A DNA stretch of 64,000 nt from Candidatus Latescibacterota bacterium (GCA_965215195.1 CBDCDC010000001.1:576001-640000); one strand, 5' to 3'; counted from the stretch's first letter, positions 19,483 through 29,301 are shown. The notes: generated by a model from the sequence alone, not told the origin. Made by a program: numbers and translations.

Positions 19483-20660
19483 GGCATCCTTATCTGGAAC
19501 GTCACCCGCACGAACTTACCGCCTTCGTCTTGCACAATTTCTGGCTCGGTGCCATTGAATTCCCGCATCGCTCTCCGCATCACCGGCCAGCCGCGTCCCC
19601 GCTGCTCCATCAAGCGCGCGACGAGGATGGCGTTTGCCATCAACTCGTTGCGGGACCGCGGATTACCGCCGGAGCGCACGTTCTCGACTTTCATGTGATT
19701 GGGGAGAGTTCCGGGGCTGGTCACGTCAATGCGGTCGCTGAATACTTCGAGCAGCACCCGCGAACCGGTAATCGCGTAGTCGCGATGGACGACGGCGTTG
19801 ACGATCGCCTCGCGCAGCGCCTTCTCGGGCACCAACGGCGCGTCCTCCCGGGCGAGCTCGTGGTAGCGCTCGGTCCATCCGAGGCTTCGAACCCATCCGA
19901 CCGACCGGCGTATTTGCTCGTCGAGCCGCCCTTTCCCCTCGCCAGCGAGGATGACATCCGACGCCCGATCCGCGCCCGAGTAGGCGGCGCACTGGACGAA
20001 GAAGCTCGTTGTCTGCGGGTGCGCCTGCGGCTCCTTGCCAAACGCCATCAACCCGTAGAGCGTGGGGTGTAAAACCCCGTCGAACTCGGCTAGGATGCGT
20101 CTATTGCGCAGATCGTCAGCAGTGGCGGGCTGCGGTTCCGCCTCCACGTCAAGCCCCTGAGTACGCAGGAAGGAGCGAAACTCGCCGAGGTCGATATCCT
20201 CTATCCTCGCGGCCGGAATGATTTGCTCTTCCGTCAGAACAAAGCCGAAGGTATTGTACAGCTCCTGGAGTTCGGTCGGCGACGGTTCCACGCTGCTGCG
20301 TTCGCGCCGAATCCAGACGCGCCCTCGATAGTGGATAGGTTCAAAGCCCCGCTGACGAGGCACTTCGATCCAATGCACCCATCCGTTCGGCGCGCTGTAC
20401 CGCCCACAGTGCGCCGGGATCGGCGTACTACACCCCGAATGCAGAAAACTGGTCAGCCGTTCCTGTGCGGTATCCGGATCCTCTCTCACCCCGACAATCG
20501 TCCCCCCATCATCAACCCCTAGGACGATCAGCCCGCCTTCTGCATTTGCAAAGGCGCAGATCGCCCGACCAATTCCCGAGAAGTCTCCAAGGTCGCGTTT
20601 GAATTCGGTTCGCCGACCCTCGCCCGCTTTGATGCGCTTGGTGATGTCATGCCATTCCAT
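19437..20660 (-). CDS. Schlafen/AlbA_2 DNA-binding domain + HATPase_c_4 (RecG-C-like) protein
   Basis: EGRRTEFK, ICAFANAEGGLIVLGVDD, REAIVNAVVHRDY, TSPGTLP, MEQRGRG. Confidence 0.88.
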   Translation of the reverse strand: MEWHDITKRIKAGEGRRTEFKRDLGDFSGIGRAICAFANAEGGLIVLGVDDGGTIVGVREDPDTAQERLTSFLHSGCSTPIPAHCGRYSAPNGWVHWIEVPRQRGFEPIHYRGRVWIRRERSSVEPSPTELQELYNTFGFVLTEEQIIPAARIEDIDLGEFRSFLRTQGLDVEAEPQPATADDLRNRRILAEFDGVLHPTLYGLMAFGKEPQAHPQTTSFFVQCAAYSGADRASDVILAGEGKGRLDEQIRRSVGWVRSLGWTERYHELAREDAPLVPEKALREAIVNAVVHRDYAITGSRVLLEVFSDRIDVTSPGTLPNHMKVENVRSGGNPRSRNELMANAILVARLMEQRGRGWPVMRRAMREFNGTEPEIVQDEGGKFVRVTFQIRMPHSHSTVPGGLWVMS

Positions 20661-20919
20661 AGTTCACCTAGTACATTAGCTATAAAAACCACGGAGCGAT
20701 TTCAATTATTTAGTACGGCGTTCACTCCGTCAAGGTTCAGTGGTCAGCAGCCGGCCGCTGAGGTTCAAAGAGGGCGTTATTGTCGGCTCGCTGCGGTCAC
20801 CCCATGTCTTCCGACATTGACGTGGCCGTTGTGCGCGAAATAAGGTGGCGGATTTGGCGGCCAAAGCCGCGTGCATTTTGCGCGATTTTGCGTGGGAAAC
20901 GCTCTTGCGGCCTGAGTAG

Positions 20920-22167
20920 CTAGCAGACAAGAGTGTACTGCTTCTTGCCGCGGCGCACGATTAAGTATTTGCCGTGCAGGCCATGTCGGCGCTGCATTCT
21001 CCGCGCCATGTCCGTGCAGCGCTCGCCGTTGATGTATATTGAACCGTTTTGCACGTCTTGGCGGGCTTGGCGCTTGGAGGGCGAGACGCCGGCCGCGACG
21101 AGCAGATCGACCAGCCCCAGCTCCTCCTGACCCATCGCGTGCGTTGGCACGTCGTCAAAGCCTTCGAGGATTTCGGCCTCGGATAGGTCTTGAAACGCCC
21201 CGTAAAAGAGCGCGTACGAGATGCGTTCGGCCCGGCGAGCAGCGTCGGCCCCATGCACTAGGGTTGTTGCCTCGACAGCAAGGGTGCGCTGGGCCTCGCG
21301 CCGTGCGGGCTGGTCGCGGACGGTCTCGGCGAGCTGGCGGATCGCGTCCTGCTCCAAGAAAGTGTACGTTTTCAGGTAATCGACCACCTTCTGGTCCTCG
21401 GCGTTGATCCAGAACTGGTAAAACTGATAGGCCGAGGTCTTGGCGGCGTCGAGCCAGACCGTCCCCGCCTCGGTCTTGCCGAATTTAGCCCCGTCTGCTT
21501 TGGTCACCAGCGGGCAGGTCAGGCCAAAGGCCCGGTTGCCGGCGGAGCGGCGGATCAGATCGGTGCCGGCGGTGATATTGCCCCACTGGTCAGAGCCGCC
21601 GGTCTGCAATTCGCAGCCGTACTTTTTATTGAGGACCAAGAAGTCATACGCCTGTAGCACCATGTAGCTGAACTCGGTGTAGGAAATACCCGTTTCGAGG
21701 CGCGAGGCGACCGATTCCTTGGCCAACATGTAGGGGACGGGAAAGTGCTTGCCTACGTCGCGCATAAAGTCGATGGCCGCGAGTTGGCCGAGCCAGTCGT
21801 AGTTATCGACCACAATCGCCGGGTTGGGGCCGTCGAATTCGAGGAAGCGCGCTAGCTGGGCTTTGACCTGCTGAGTCCACTCGGCCACCACGTCGGTGGC
21901 ATTGAGCTGGCGCTCCTCGGTCTTGCCCCCTGGATCGCCGATCAGGCCGGTGCCGCCGCCAGCCAAGGCAATGACCTTGTGCCCGGCGAGCTGGAAGCGG
22001 CGCAGGAGCAGGATCGGCACGAGGTTGCCCACCGTCAGGCTGTCGGCGGTCGGGTCAAAGCCGTTGTAGAGCGCGATCGGACCGGCCGCGAGGCGCGCGG
22101 CGAGGCCGTCGAGATCGGTGGCTTGGTAGATCAGGTTGCGGAACTGAAGATCGGGTATGATGTTCAT
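20920..22167 (-). CDS. tyrS: Tyrosine--tRNA ligase
   Basis: YNGFDPTADSL, QTGGSDQWGNI, KFGKT, C-terminal S4 domain RRGKK. Confidence 0.98.
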   Translation of the reverse strand: MNIIPDLQFRNLIYQATDLDGLAARLAAGPIALYNGFDPTADSLTVGNLVPILLLRRFQLAGHKVIALAGGGTGLIGDPGGKTEERQLNATDVVAEWTQQVKAQLARFLEFDGPNPAIVVDNYDWLGQLAAIDFMRDVGKHFPVPYMLAKESVASRLETGISYTEFSYMVLQAYDFLVLNKKYGCELQTGGSDQWGNITAGTDLIRRSAGNRAFGLTCPLVTKADGAKFGKTEAGTVWLDAAKTSAYQFYQFWINAEDQKVVDYLKTYTFLEQDAIRQLAETVRDQPARREAQRTLAVEATTLVHGADAARRAERISYALFYGAFQDLSEAEILEGFDDVPTHAMGQEELGLVDLLVAAGVSPSKRQARQDVQNGSIYINGERCTDMARRMQRRHGLHGKYLIVRRGKKQYTLVC

Positions 22168-22191
22168 CGCATTTCCTTAATTTATGGGCAT

Positions 22192-22218
22192 AAAAAAAGC
22201 CCCTGTAACCAGGGGCTT
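22192..22218 (-). terminator. Intrinsic terminator (attenuator) in the tyrS leader
   Basis: Minus strand AAGCCCCTG-GTTA-CAGGGGCTT followed by a U-run, about 25 nt before the tyrS ATG. Confidence 0.88.
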
Positions 22219-22249
22219 GTAACGCGGTTGAGACGACAAAGCGAGCGCA

Positions 22250-22309
22250 CTATCCCCCTTTTTGACGCGAGGTATAATAGTAGTAGCGATCGGCGCGTAG
22301 GGTCTGCAT
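22250..22309 (-). CDS. Tyr-rich leader peptide MQTLRADRYYYYTSRQKGG
   Basis: ATG preceded by GGAGA; four consecutive Tyr codons TAC TAC TAT TAT; TAG stop overlaps the antiterminator arm. Confidence 0.85.
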   Translation of the reverse strand: MQTLRADRYYYYTSRQKGG

Positions 22310-22328
22310 GGTTCGTTCTCCGCGCAAA

Positions 22329-22357
22329 AATATAATGGCGACCTCTATCCCCGTCAA
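22329..22357 (-). promoter_or_regulatory. Putative sigma70 promoter of the tyrS leader
   Basis: Minus strand TTGACG-N17-TATATT immediately upstream of the leader RBS. Confidence 0.6.
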
Positions 22358-22501
22358 TCAGGAGGCTAACCGACGCTAAGAGCCTATACGAAAATTGATT
22401 TCCTGATAATAAAAAGGTCTTGGCAACCTACGTTTTCCTTACCTATTGACCCTCAATCAAGTCCGAATTGTCGACCGTTTGACATAATTTTCGCAGCGGA
22501 A

Positions 22502-23761
22502 TCAATCGCCCAGATAGCCCTGTGCTGCCCAAATTTTCCTCGCCAGCTTTTTAGCCTCGGCGTCCGGTTCGATTGCGCCCAAAATACTGCTCGGCGGCTG
22601 CCCCTGCTTTTTGCGCTCCGGGTCGGGCGACCAGTCGTCTTGGGCGTATTTTCGGCGCACTGACTCGCGGCGGAAGTCGGGTACTTCCATTGGTGCCGAG
22701 TCGTTTAGTGCCGACCGCCACGCTTGGATACCGGCGATGCTCATGTCGAGGCCGCGGTACACGTCGAGATAGGGCGGCTCGCCGGTGCGGATGGCCTCGG
22801 CAAAGTGATAGCTGGTGAAAAAGTCGCCGCCGCCGTGTCCGGTGCGCGTGGCTTGGGTGTGACGCACCGGGAAGTCGGGCCTGTACACCGTTTCAACCGG
22901 ATCGCTCTTGCGCTTTTCCCACGGCTCGTACCACACGCGCAGCCGCTGTTTGTCGCCGTGGCGGCAGTTTTCCATCACGCCCTTGTTGCCGTGGATGCGG
23001 ACGTAGTTGCCGTGGCCGCGCAGCGCACCGTGCAGGGACTTCACCACCGCGTCGTTGTCCATCCGGCAGATGATCACCGCGGCCGTGTCGCCTCGGTACA
23101 CGTGCAGCGTTTGGGTGGGGTCGGCAAAATCAAAGGGGATGACAAAGCCATTCACCTTTACCGGCCGGGTGTCGGTGATGTACATGACCGGGGCGATGGA
23201 ATGGGTGCAGTAGTACGTGGCGGGGATCCAGTTGCGCCAGTGGTCGCGTCCGCAGCTACGCGCCAGTTTCACTTCGGGCGGGTCGGGGTGGACGTACTCT
23301 CCTTCGCCGTATTTGAACTCGCCGACGCGGCCCTTTTGGTAGAGCCGCTTCATCTCTTGGTTGAAGACCATGTAGGGATAGTTCTCGGCGAACATGTAGG
23401 TTTTGCCGCTTTGCTCAACCGCTCGCGCCAGCGCCACGCCTTCGCCCAAGGTGTGGCAGGCGGCGGTTTCGCTCATTACGTGTTTGCCGGCCTTGAGTGC
23501 TTTGATGGCAAACGGGGCGTGTTGGTGGAAGTAGTTGGCCAGCACAACCGCGTCCGTGTCGCAGCCGAGGAATTCGTCGTAATCGACGAACGTCGGCACG
23601 CTGAGTGCCTTGCCTTCTGCGCTGAGGCGCTCTTCCCAAATGTCGCAGATGGCGACCAGTTCCATGCCGGTCGCGGCGGCCGCCTGCATGAAGGAGCGTC
23701 CGCGACCAACGCCGACTACGCCGACGCGGATGGGACGTTGTTTGTTGCGTTTTTTAGTCAT
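22502..23761 (-). CDS. Gfo/Idh/MocA family oxidoreductase
   Basis: VGVVGVGRG, GKHVMSE, YCTHS, GHGGGD. Confidence 0.9.
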   Translation of the reverse strand: MTKKRNKQRPIRVGVVGVGRGRSFMQAAAATGMELVAICDIWEERLSAEGKALSVPTFVDYDEFLGCDTDAVVLANYFHQHAPFAIKALKAGKHVMSETAACHTLGEGVALARAVEQSGKTYMFAENYPYMVFNQEMKRLYQKGRVGEFKYGEGEYVHPDPPEVKLARSCGRDHWRNWIPATYYCTHSIAPVMYITDTRPVKVNGFVIPFDFADPTQTLHVYRGDTAAVIICRMDNDAVVKSLHGALRGHGNYVRIHGNKGVMENCRHGDKQRLRVWYEPWEKRKSDPVETVYRPDFPVRHTQATRTGHGGGDFFTSYHFAEAIRTGEPPYLDVYRGLDMSIAGIQAWRSALNDSAPMEVPDFRRESVRRKYAQDDWSPDPERKKQGQPPSSILGAIEPDAEAKKLARKIWAAQGYLGD

Positions 23762-23793
23762 GGTTTAAGCCTGTTCCCTTCCCAGCGTCTTCT

Positions 23794-24486
23794 TCAGGTG
23801 TTTTCAACGGATTCACTTGCTGTAGCGATCTCACCAGTCTGAGGGTCAAGCGTAATTTTTACCAAGCCCTGAGACTCTGGATCGCGGATCGCACGCCGCT
23901 TAAAAACTGGCAGGTTGGAACCATTCCCCCGGCGTGCGGAAGGAACGGCCAAACCGTCCAATTCCAACCGGACTGCTGCCGCGCCAATCCGATTACAGAA
24001 CGTGTAGTCAGTATCATGCACCAATTCCGGCCATTCGCTCCGCTTGTCGCGGAGGTCCTTTTCCTCGCCTTCAAACAAACAGGTAAAACGCTGATAGTAG
24101 GCACTGCGTCGACCTTGGGGACGACCTCCAAAACCCTTACTGAACCAATGCGCGGCTTCCGCCTCGGATGTCACAGGATCGAGGGCGCTGTAAAAGACGG
24201 GATAGGAGCCATCCGAATACCTCGTCGCCCTGATCAGGTGGCATTTCGGACGAAATGGCGCATCGCAGAGATCTTCAAGGGAAGTTCTGTAGCCAGCAGC
24301 TACGAGTAGATCTCTCATTTCCCGTTCGCCAAGTGCATCCAATCTCAACTCTGCAAGGAACTCGTCATCCCAATCCAAGGTGGCCAATCGGTATATCCGC
24401 CGAAGGTTGCGTGTGGTAGGAATCTCGTCAAGCAGGTTGTCAACCGATTGGCGGGATTCCCGTACGTCATCGTCCTGCGGCGGCAT
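23794..24486 (-). CDS. RES-domain toxin (NAD+ phosphorylase-like)
   Basis: R (TRYSDGS), YSALD, E (SEAE), S (VPSARR) RES residues. Confidence 0.82.
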   Translation of the reverse strand: MPPQDDDVRESRQSVDNLLDEIPTTRNLRRIYRLATLDWDDEFLAELRLDALGEREMRDLLVAAGYRTSLEDLCDAPFRPKCHLIRATRYSDGSYPVFYSALDPVTSEAEAAHWFSKGFGGRPQGRRSAYYQRFTCLFEGEEKDLRDKRSEWPELVHDTDYTFCNRIGAAAVRLELDGLAVPSARRGNGSNLPVFKRRAIRDPESQGLVKITLDPQTGEIATASESVENT

Positions 24487-25102
24487 CCACGTACTCCTTC
24501 ACCAAAAGAAGGTCTTCCATGGAGCCGCCCAACAGCAACTTCAACGGCTCTCGCTCATCCAGCAAAGTGTGCGGTTCGCGCAGCCATTCGTTTTCGACAT
24601 CCAGATCGCGAAAGAGCGATGCCAGCGTCTGCCTGATGTGGAAAAGATGGGCAATCCGATCGCGAACGTCTCGGCCGTGCAAGTCGGCAGTTCCTGCCAG
24701 AACAGCTCGCACGAGATTGTTGTCGGTCTGATCGAATCCCAGCAGGAGGACTGCATCGCCTCTACTCAAGCGCCAACTCTCAAGCAATTTTAAGACAAAC
24801 TGAACCGGTCCGCTGACCCGATTCGGCGCAAAGGCAAGCGATCGCCAACTCACAACGTCGAGACCGATCTCTGAAGAGTGACCTGCGGTAAGTCCCAAAT
24901 TCAGTTCATACGCAGACGAACCGCTAGCGAAGGATGAAAAGGCAGGTTTCGGATTTCGCTGATAAAGGTAGATCGCATGTAAGGCACGGGGATTGTCGGA
25001 ACCGATTTGTGACGGCCCAGTGTAGCCGGACCTCGACATCAAAAGGGAGTCCTCAGCACCTTCTTTAGGAGTTGATCCTAGCACTTCTGTTACAGTCGTC
25101 AT
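24467..25102 (-). CDS. Xre/MbcA/ParS-type antitoxin with long N-terminal extension
   Basis: C-terminal LFRDLDVENEWLREPHTLLDEREPLKLLLGGS motif; overlaps the RES gene. Confidence 0.78.
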   Translation of the reverse strand: MTTVTEVLGSTPKEGAEDSLLMSRSGYTGPSQIGSDNPRALHAIYLYQRNPKPAFSSFASGSSAYELNLGLTAGHSSEIGLDVVSWRSLAFAPNRVSGPVQFVLKLLESWRLSRGDAVLLLGFDQTDNNLVRAVLAGTADLHGRDVRDRIAHLFHIRQTLASLFRDLDVENEWLREPHTLLDEREPLKLLLGGSMEDLLLVKEYVDAAAGR

Positions 25103-25773
25103 GTTATTTCCACCTGAATCCGCGATAGTATTCCGCCTATCAGACGATACTGTGCATCAATGCGATCACTGACCGATTTTTGGCTGCCAACGTGATGGCT
25201 CTGGCAGAATATCGTAAATTCGTCTTGGTCGGCGGTGACCTTGGTTGACGATCTCCAGCCATCCATCGGATTGCCGAGATCAATGGCGACGACAGGATGT
25301 TCCTTTGTTGCCCCAAACTGAGACGGATCCACACGGACATTCGCGGCGGAAATTTTTTTGAGGTGTCCGGCGGCGTTGCCTTGTCCACTCAATTTGAGCA
25401 AGATGCTGATCGTCTCATCGAGAATGACCACATCGGCGCATGTCTCGTTCAGGGCCACCGTGATTAAGTCGATACATTTCTTGCAAATCTCGACGTCGTT
25501 CTCATTTAAGTTGGAAAAGTCTATGGCCAAGCGCACCGGGGTCAGATGGACCGATGCGTTGCCGCCAAACATCTTGATCCGCAGCCCGGTGTCCGATTGC
25601 ATCCCACCTGTCGAAACGTACATGTCGTCCGCGTTCAATGCGTACGGGTAGATCTCCCGGACGCCCGCGTAAATGCGTACTTGCAGTTTTGGTGCTTGGC
25701 GTATCACATCGAACAACGGAACGGCGAAGTCGGCCTGATAGCCGATGTCCATCCCAGCAAATGGCACTTTCAT
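25099..25773 (-). CDS. Hypothetical alpha/beta protein, first gene of the RES TA operon
   Basis: 224-aa ORF with a 4-bp overlap with the antitoxin start; same composition as the TA genes. Confidence 0.7.
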   Translation of the reverse strand: MKVPFAGMDIGYQADFAVPLFDVIRQAPKLQVRIYAGVREIYPYALNADDMYVSTGGMQSDTGLRIKMFGGNASVHLTPVRLAIDFSNLNENDVEICKKCIDLITVALNETCADVVILDETISILLKLSGQGNAAGHLKKISAANVRVDPSQFGATKEHPVVAIDLGNPMDGWRSSTKVTADQDEFTIFCQSHHVGSQKSVSDRIDAQYRLIGGILSRIQVEIT

Positions 25774-25937
25774 TCCGTCACCTTGGTCTCAATTTTCGCC
25801 CGTCAAGGCGGTTCTACGATACCACATTCTGCCTCTCTGACATATTGCAAAATAAGGTACTGTTATCGATGCTCTGTCAACATACCCGACCCGCTAGCGA
25901 CGAATTGCTGACTTACCGCCACAGGTAGCGTATAAAT

Positions 25938-27281
25938 TTAGAACGTCGAGGGTTTGGGCGTTGCCGGGGGCCAGTAGCCGTCGGGATTTTCGTCCCACGC
26001 CGTGCCGCACATCCGCGAGATGACCGCCCATTCAGCCGCGGTCAGGTGGGCGTGATTGTGGAAGAGGAAGCGCTGCAATCCGGCCGCGGCTGAGGCCTGG
26101 AGGATGCGGTAGAGATCGCCGGCGGTCATGGGGTCGCCGCCGTGGGGCATGCGCCCGGTATCGACCCAAGGCAAGATCTTTTGCGGGTCGCCGACCGCGG
26201 CGATGGCGCGGCGCGTCTCTTCTTGTACCACCTCGTCGAAAAACGCCTGCGGAAACCCCAACTCCATGTCGGCGAGGTACGCCACCTCGGGCAGGCGGAT
26301 GCCAAGCCAAGCGCGGAGGACCGTCCAGCACTGCGCCTCGCTCAACGCCGGATTCCACGCCTGAATTTGCCGCACCCAGCGGGCGACCGTGCCGTACATC
26401 CCGTCAAAGCCGCGGTGCCAGAAGTAGTGCTTGACCAAGAGCAGATCCACGATCTGGCCCCAAGCGTGGAAATCGAGCGCGGTCATGCCGGAAAACACAG
26501 CCGAGCGCGGGCCGTTGCCCAAGAGCAGTTGACGCGGCAATTCGTCGAGGGCCTGGCGGAAGGCGCGGCCTTGGCGGATGCCGTCTTCGCGTCGCCAGCG
26601 CAGCCAGTAGAGCGCGTCCTCGTTGATGTCGAAGAGGTTCATCTCCGAGAGCACGCCGTAGGCACCATAGTAATCAACTTCGGCGGGAGTAAAAGACTGG
26701 AAGCGCTGGTGCAAATGCTGACGGCCGCGATCGAGTCGCGCGGCGTCGTAGCCTCTAGCGGTTGCCTCTTGGCGCTGGCCGTCACTGAGCGGGCGAAAGA
26801 CGGCATTGCCGTGGTGATAAGTCAGCTCGTAAGCCGACTCGGTCCAGCCATCGACAATGCCGCCATCGGCTTCTGGAAAAGCCGCGAAGATGTCCTCCCA
26901 GGCCGCAGCGTGTAGCTGGGTGCCGTAGGGATCCTCCGCCAGCGGCAGGCCCTCGGCGGCAATGGTGCCGGAGGCCGGCGCGAAGATCATCAGGGTCCAG
27001 CCGCGCCTTTTGGCGTCGGCCAGCATAGTGTGCAGGCGCTTTTCCTTGTCCGGTTGCAGGGGCGCGTCGCGCAGTTGGGCTTTGAGGCCGCGCCTTTTGT
27101 AGGGCGCGAGATCGCTCTTGAACGCGGGGATGGTACACTGGCCTTGCTCATCGGCAAACAGCAGGCGGCCAAAGACAAGGCCGCGGATGCCGCCTTGTGC
27201 CCAAGCATCGAAGATGCGCTCGTAGTCGGACATGACCGCCTCTAAGGGCTGGCCGATGCGGATCCAAGGGGTCAGAGTCAT
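25938..27281 (-). CDS. Hypothetical protein (possibly TIM-barrel enzyme)
   Basis: Long ORF with host-like codon usage; RBS GGAG before MTLTPW. Confidence 0.7.
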   Translation of the reverse strand: MTLTPWIRIGQPLEAVMSDYERIFDAWAQGGIRGLVFGRLLFADEQGQCTIPAFKSDLAPYKRRGLKAQLRDAPLQPDKEKRLHTMLADAKRRGWTLMIFAPASGTIAAEGLPLAEDPYGTQLHAAAWEDIFAAFPEADGGIVDGWTESAYELTYHHGNAVFRPLSDGQRQEATARGYDAARLDRGRQHLHQRFQSFTPAEVDYYGAYGVLSEMNLFDINEDALYWLRWRREDGIRQGRAFRQALDELPRQLLLGNGPRSAVFSGMTALDFHAWGQIVDLLLVKHYFWHRGFDGMYGTVARWVRQIQAWNPALSEAQCWTVLRAWLGIRLPEVAYLADMELGFPQAFFDEVVQEETRRAIAAVGDPQKILPWVDTGRMPHGGDPMTAGDLYRILQASAAAGLQRFLFHNHAHLTAAEWAVISRMCGTAWDENPDGYWPPATPKPSTF

Positions 27282-27437
27282 GGCGCGTTCTCCTGTTGGT
27301 GGGCAAGGCAATATATTGCGTCGGTAGGGCGGCGTCCATATCGCTATCAGGTAGTAGTTCAGTCGGCGATAAAAATTGTATATATTCAGCGATTCTGTGG
27401 CTGCCTAAACACCAAACTGGACAAAGGAGGTGCCTAA

Positions 27438-29186
27438 ATGGACCGCGAAACCATGACCAACGAAGAGAATTACTGTTTCGACGTGGCCGGATATTTGCAC
27501 GTGCCCGGGACGCTGACTCGGCCGGAGGTCGAGCGGCTCAATAGGGAGATCGACGCCATGGGAGCGACCGAGGGGATGCTGGGTTGGCCGGGGCCGGCGC
27601 GGGAGCCATTCCGCGACCTGTTGGTACATCCGGCGTTGGTGTGGTATCTCAACCAGCTCGTGGGCGAGGGGTTTATCCTCGACCGCGCACCGGAGATCTG
27701 GGGTGAGGAGACCTGCGACACGAGCGCACCGCTGGTCGGCGGCAACGAGCCTCGGGACCCCGCCATTGCGTACTACTACCAGAACGGGCGGCGCTTCAGC
27801 GAGGGGGTGCGGGTGCTGTGGGCGCTGGAGGATGTCGAGGCCGAGGACGGCGGCTTTGTGCTAGTGCCGTGCAGCCACAAGGGCAATGTGGCGACGCCGG
27901 CAGAAGTTGCGACCGGGGCCGACGATATGGGGCTTGTTTTGCAGCCGGCACTCAAGACCGGGGATTTGCTGATCGCGGCGCTGGCGACTGTGCAGGGGAT
28001 GCGGCCGTGGAAGGGGGAAGGACGTCAGCGGCTGTTGAGTTACGAATTCGTGGGGCGCGGCGTGATCCGCAGCGTCGGGACCGGGCCGAAGACCGCAGTG
28101 GCGCCGCGTCCAGAATGGCACGCCGAATTGAGTGAGGTGCAGCGGGCCTCGCTCTACAAGCCGGGCTACCAAGCCACGTCTCCGCCGCCGACGATTGCGA
28201 CCGACGGCCAGACCACGCGGATGGAGTCCGGGGTCTTTCACCCGTCGCTTTTGCAGATGGACCCCGCCAGCGGCATTGACTACCGGGAATTTTACTTTTG
28301 GGACCTCAACGGCTATCTGGTCTTGCGCGGGGTGATGGACGAGGAGTGGTTGGCCGCGGCCAACGAGGCAGTGGACCGCTTTGAGGAGCGGATCGAAGTC
28401 GGCGCAGAGCTGGCGCGGGGGTCCAAAAGTCTGGCGGGAACCGGGCGGCCCTTATTGCCTGGACTGCTCGAACTGCCCCAGCCCTATTGCGAACCGTTCC
28501 GGCGCATGGTCGCGCATCCAGCGGTCGAGCACCGGCTGAACTGGATGGGCGGCAGCGGCGGGCGGATGGGCGGAGCAACGGGTTTTGTCTCGGTCAAGGG
28601 GACCAGCGGCCACGCCCTGCACGACGCCAACGAGCCGCTCAACCCCGGCCGCGGCTATGTGTACCACAACGGCCGCAGCTATTGCGAGGCCATCACCGTG
28701 ACTTGGCAGCTCCGGGACGTGCGGGCGGGCGACGGGGGTTTTGCCTGCGTGCCGGGCAGCCACAAGGCATACTACCGAATGCCTCCCGGCGTGCGGACCT
28801 GCGACCGCGATATGGGGCTGGTCAAACACGTTGAGATGCAGGCCGGCGATGTGCTGTTCTTTGGCGACGGCGGCACGACCCACGGGGCGTTGGCTTGGAA
28901 GAGCGAGATTGCGCGGCGGGGCATCCTGATCAAGTATTCGTCGCGCAACTTCAACCGCAGCGGTGGCGAGATGGTCCACCCGGAAAACCGCTGGGGCGAA
29001 TGGGTCGAGGGGATGAGCGACGCCCAGCTAGCGGTGATGCGCGGCCCGGACCGCGATGTGTTCAACAACAACGTGCCGCGACTGGACGTGGCCAATGGCG
29101 AGGTGTTCGTGTCGTACGAGCGCGGGTCGTCGCTCTACAGCAAGGAAGCACCGACTGGGCCGTTGGCAAAGGACGAGAAAGGTTAA
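27438..29186 (+). CDS. Tandem-domain phytanoyl-CoA dioxygenase (PhyH) family protein
   Basis: Two copies of the Y.FD..GYL and GGF..VP.SHK motifs; strong RBS AAGGAGG. Confidence 0.85.
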   Translation: MDRETMTNEENYCFDVAGYLHVPGTLTRPEVERLNREIDAMGATEGMLGWPGPAREPFRDLLVHPALVWYLNQLVGEGFILDRAPEIWGEETCDTSAPLVGGNEPRDPAIAYYYQNGRRFSEGVRVLWALEDVEAEDGGFVLVPCSHKGNVATPAEVATGADDMGLVLQPALKTGDLLIAALATVQGMRPWKGEGRQRLLSYEFVGRGVIRSVGTGPKTAVAPRPEWHAELSEVQRASLYKPGYQATSPPPTIATDGQTTRMESGVFHPSLLQMDPASGIDYREFYFWDLNGYLVLRGVMDEEWLAAANEAVDRFEERIEVGAELARGSKSLAGTGRPLLPGLLELPQPYCEPFRRMVAHPAVEHRLNWMGGSGGRMGGATGFVSVKGTSGHALHDANEPLNPGRGYVYHNGRSYCEAITVTWQLRDVRAGDGGFACVPGSHKAYYRMPPGVRTCDRDMGLVKHVEMQAGDVLFFGDGGTTHGALAWKSEIARRGILIKYSSRNFNRSGGEMVHPENRWGEWVEGMSDAQLAVMRGPDRDVFNNNVPRLDVANGEVFVSYERGSSLYSKEAPTGPLAKDEKG

Positions 29187-29301
29187 TGCCGCTAGCGAAA
29201 TCGGTGAACTGGAACGGGAGAAGGCGACTGCCTGATGAGATAAGAGGGCAGTCTCGGTGGATTCGCCATTCAATGGAGGGCCGTCGCTTCATGCTCGCAG
29301 G

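Noticed and set aside
22170-22360. T-box riboswitch upstream of tyrS
   Set aside because: No UGGNACC T-box bulge or long stem I visible, and the leader is short; the Tyr4 leader ORF explains the terminator
29190-29256. CGAAA ... CTGATGAG resembling a type II hammerhead ribozyme core
   Set aside because: Stem II does not pair beyond one G-C and no UH cleavage site sits between plausible stems III and I; a simple GACTGCC/GGCAGTC hairpin explains the region
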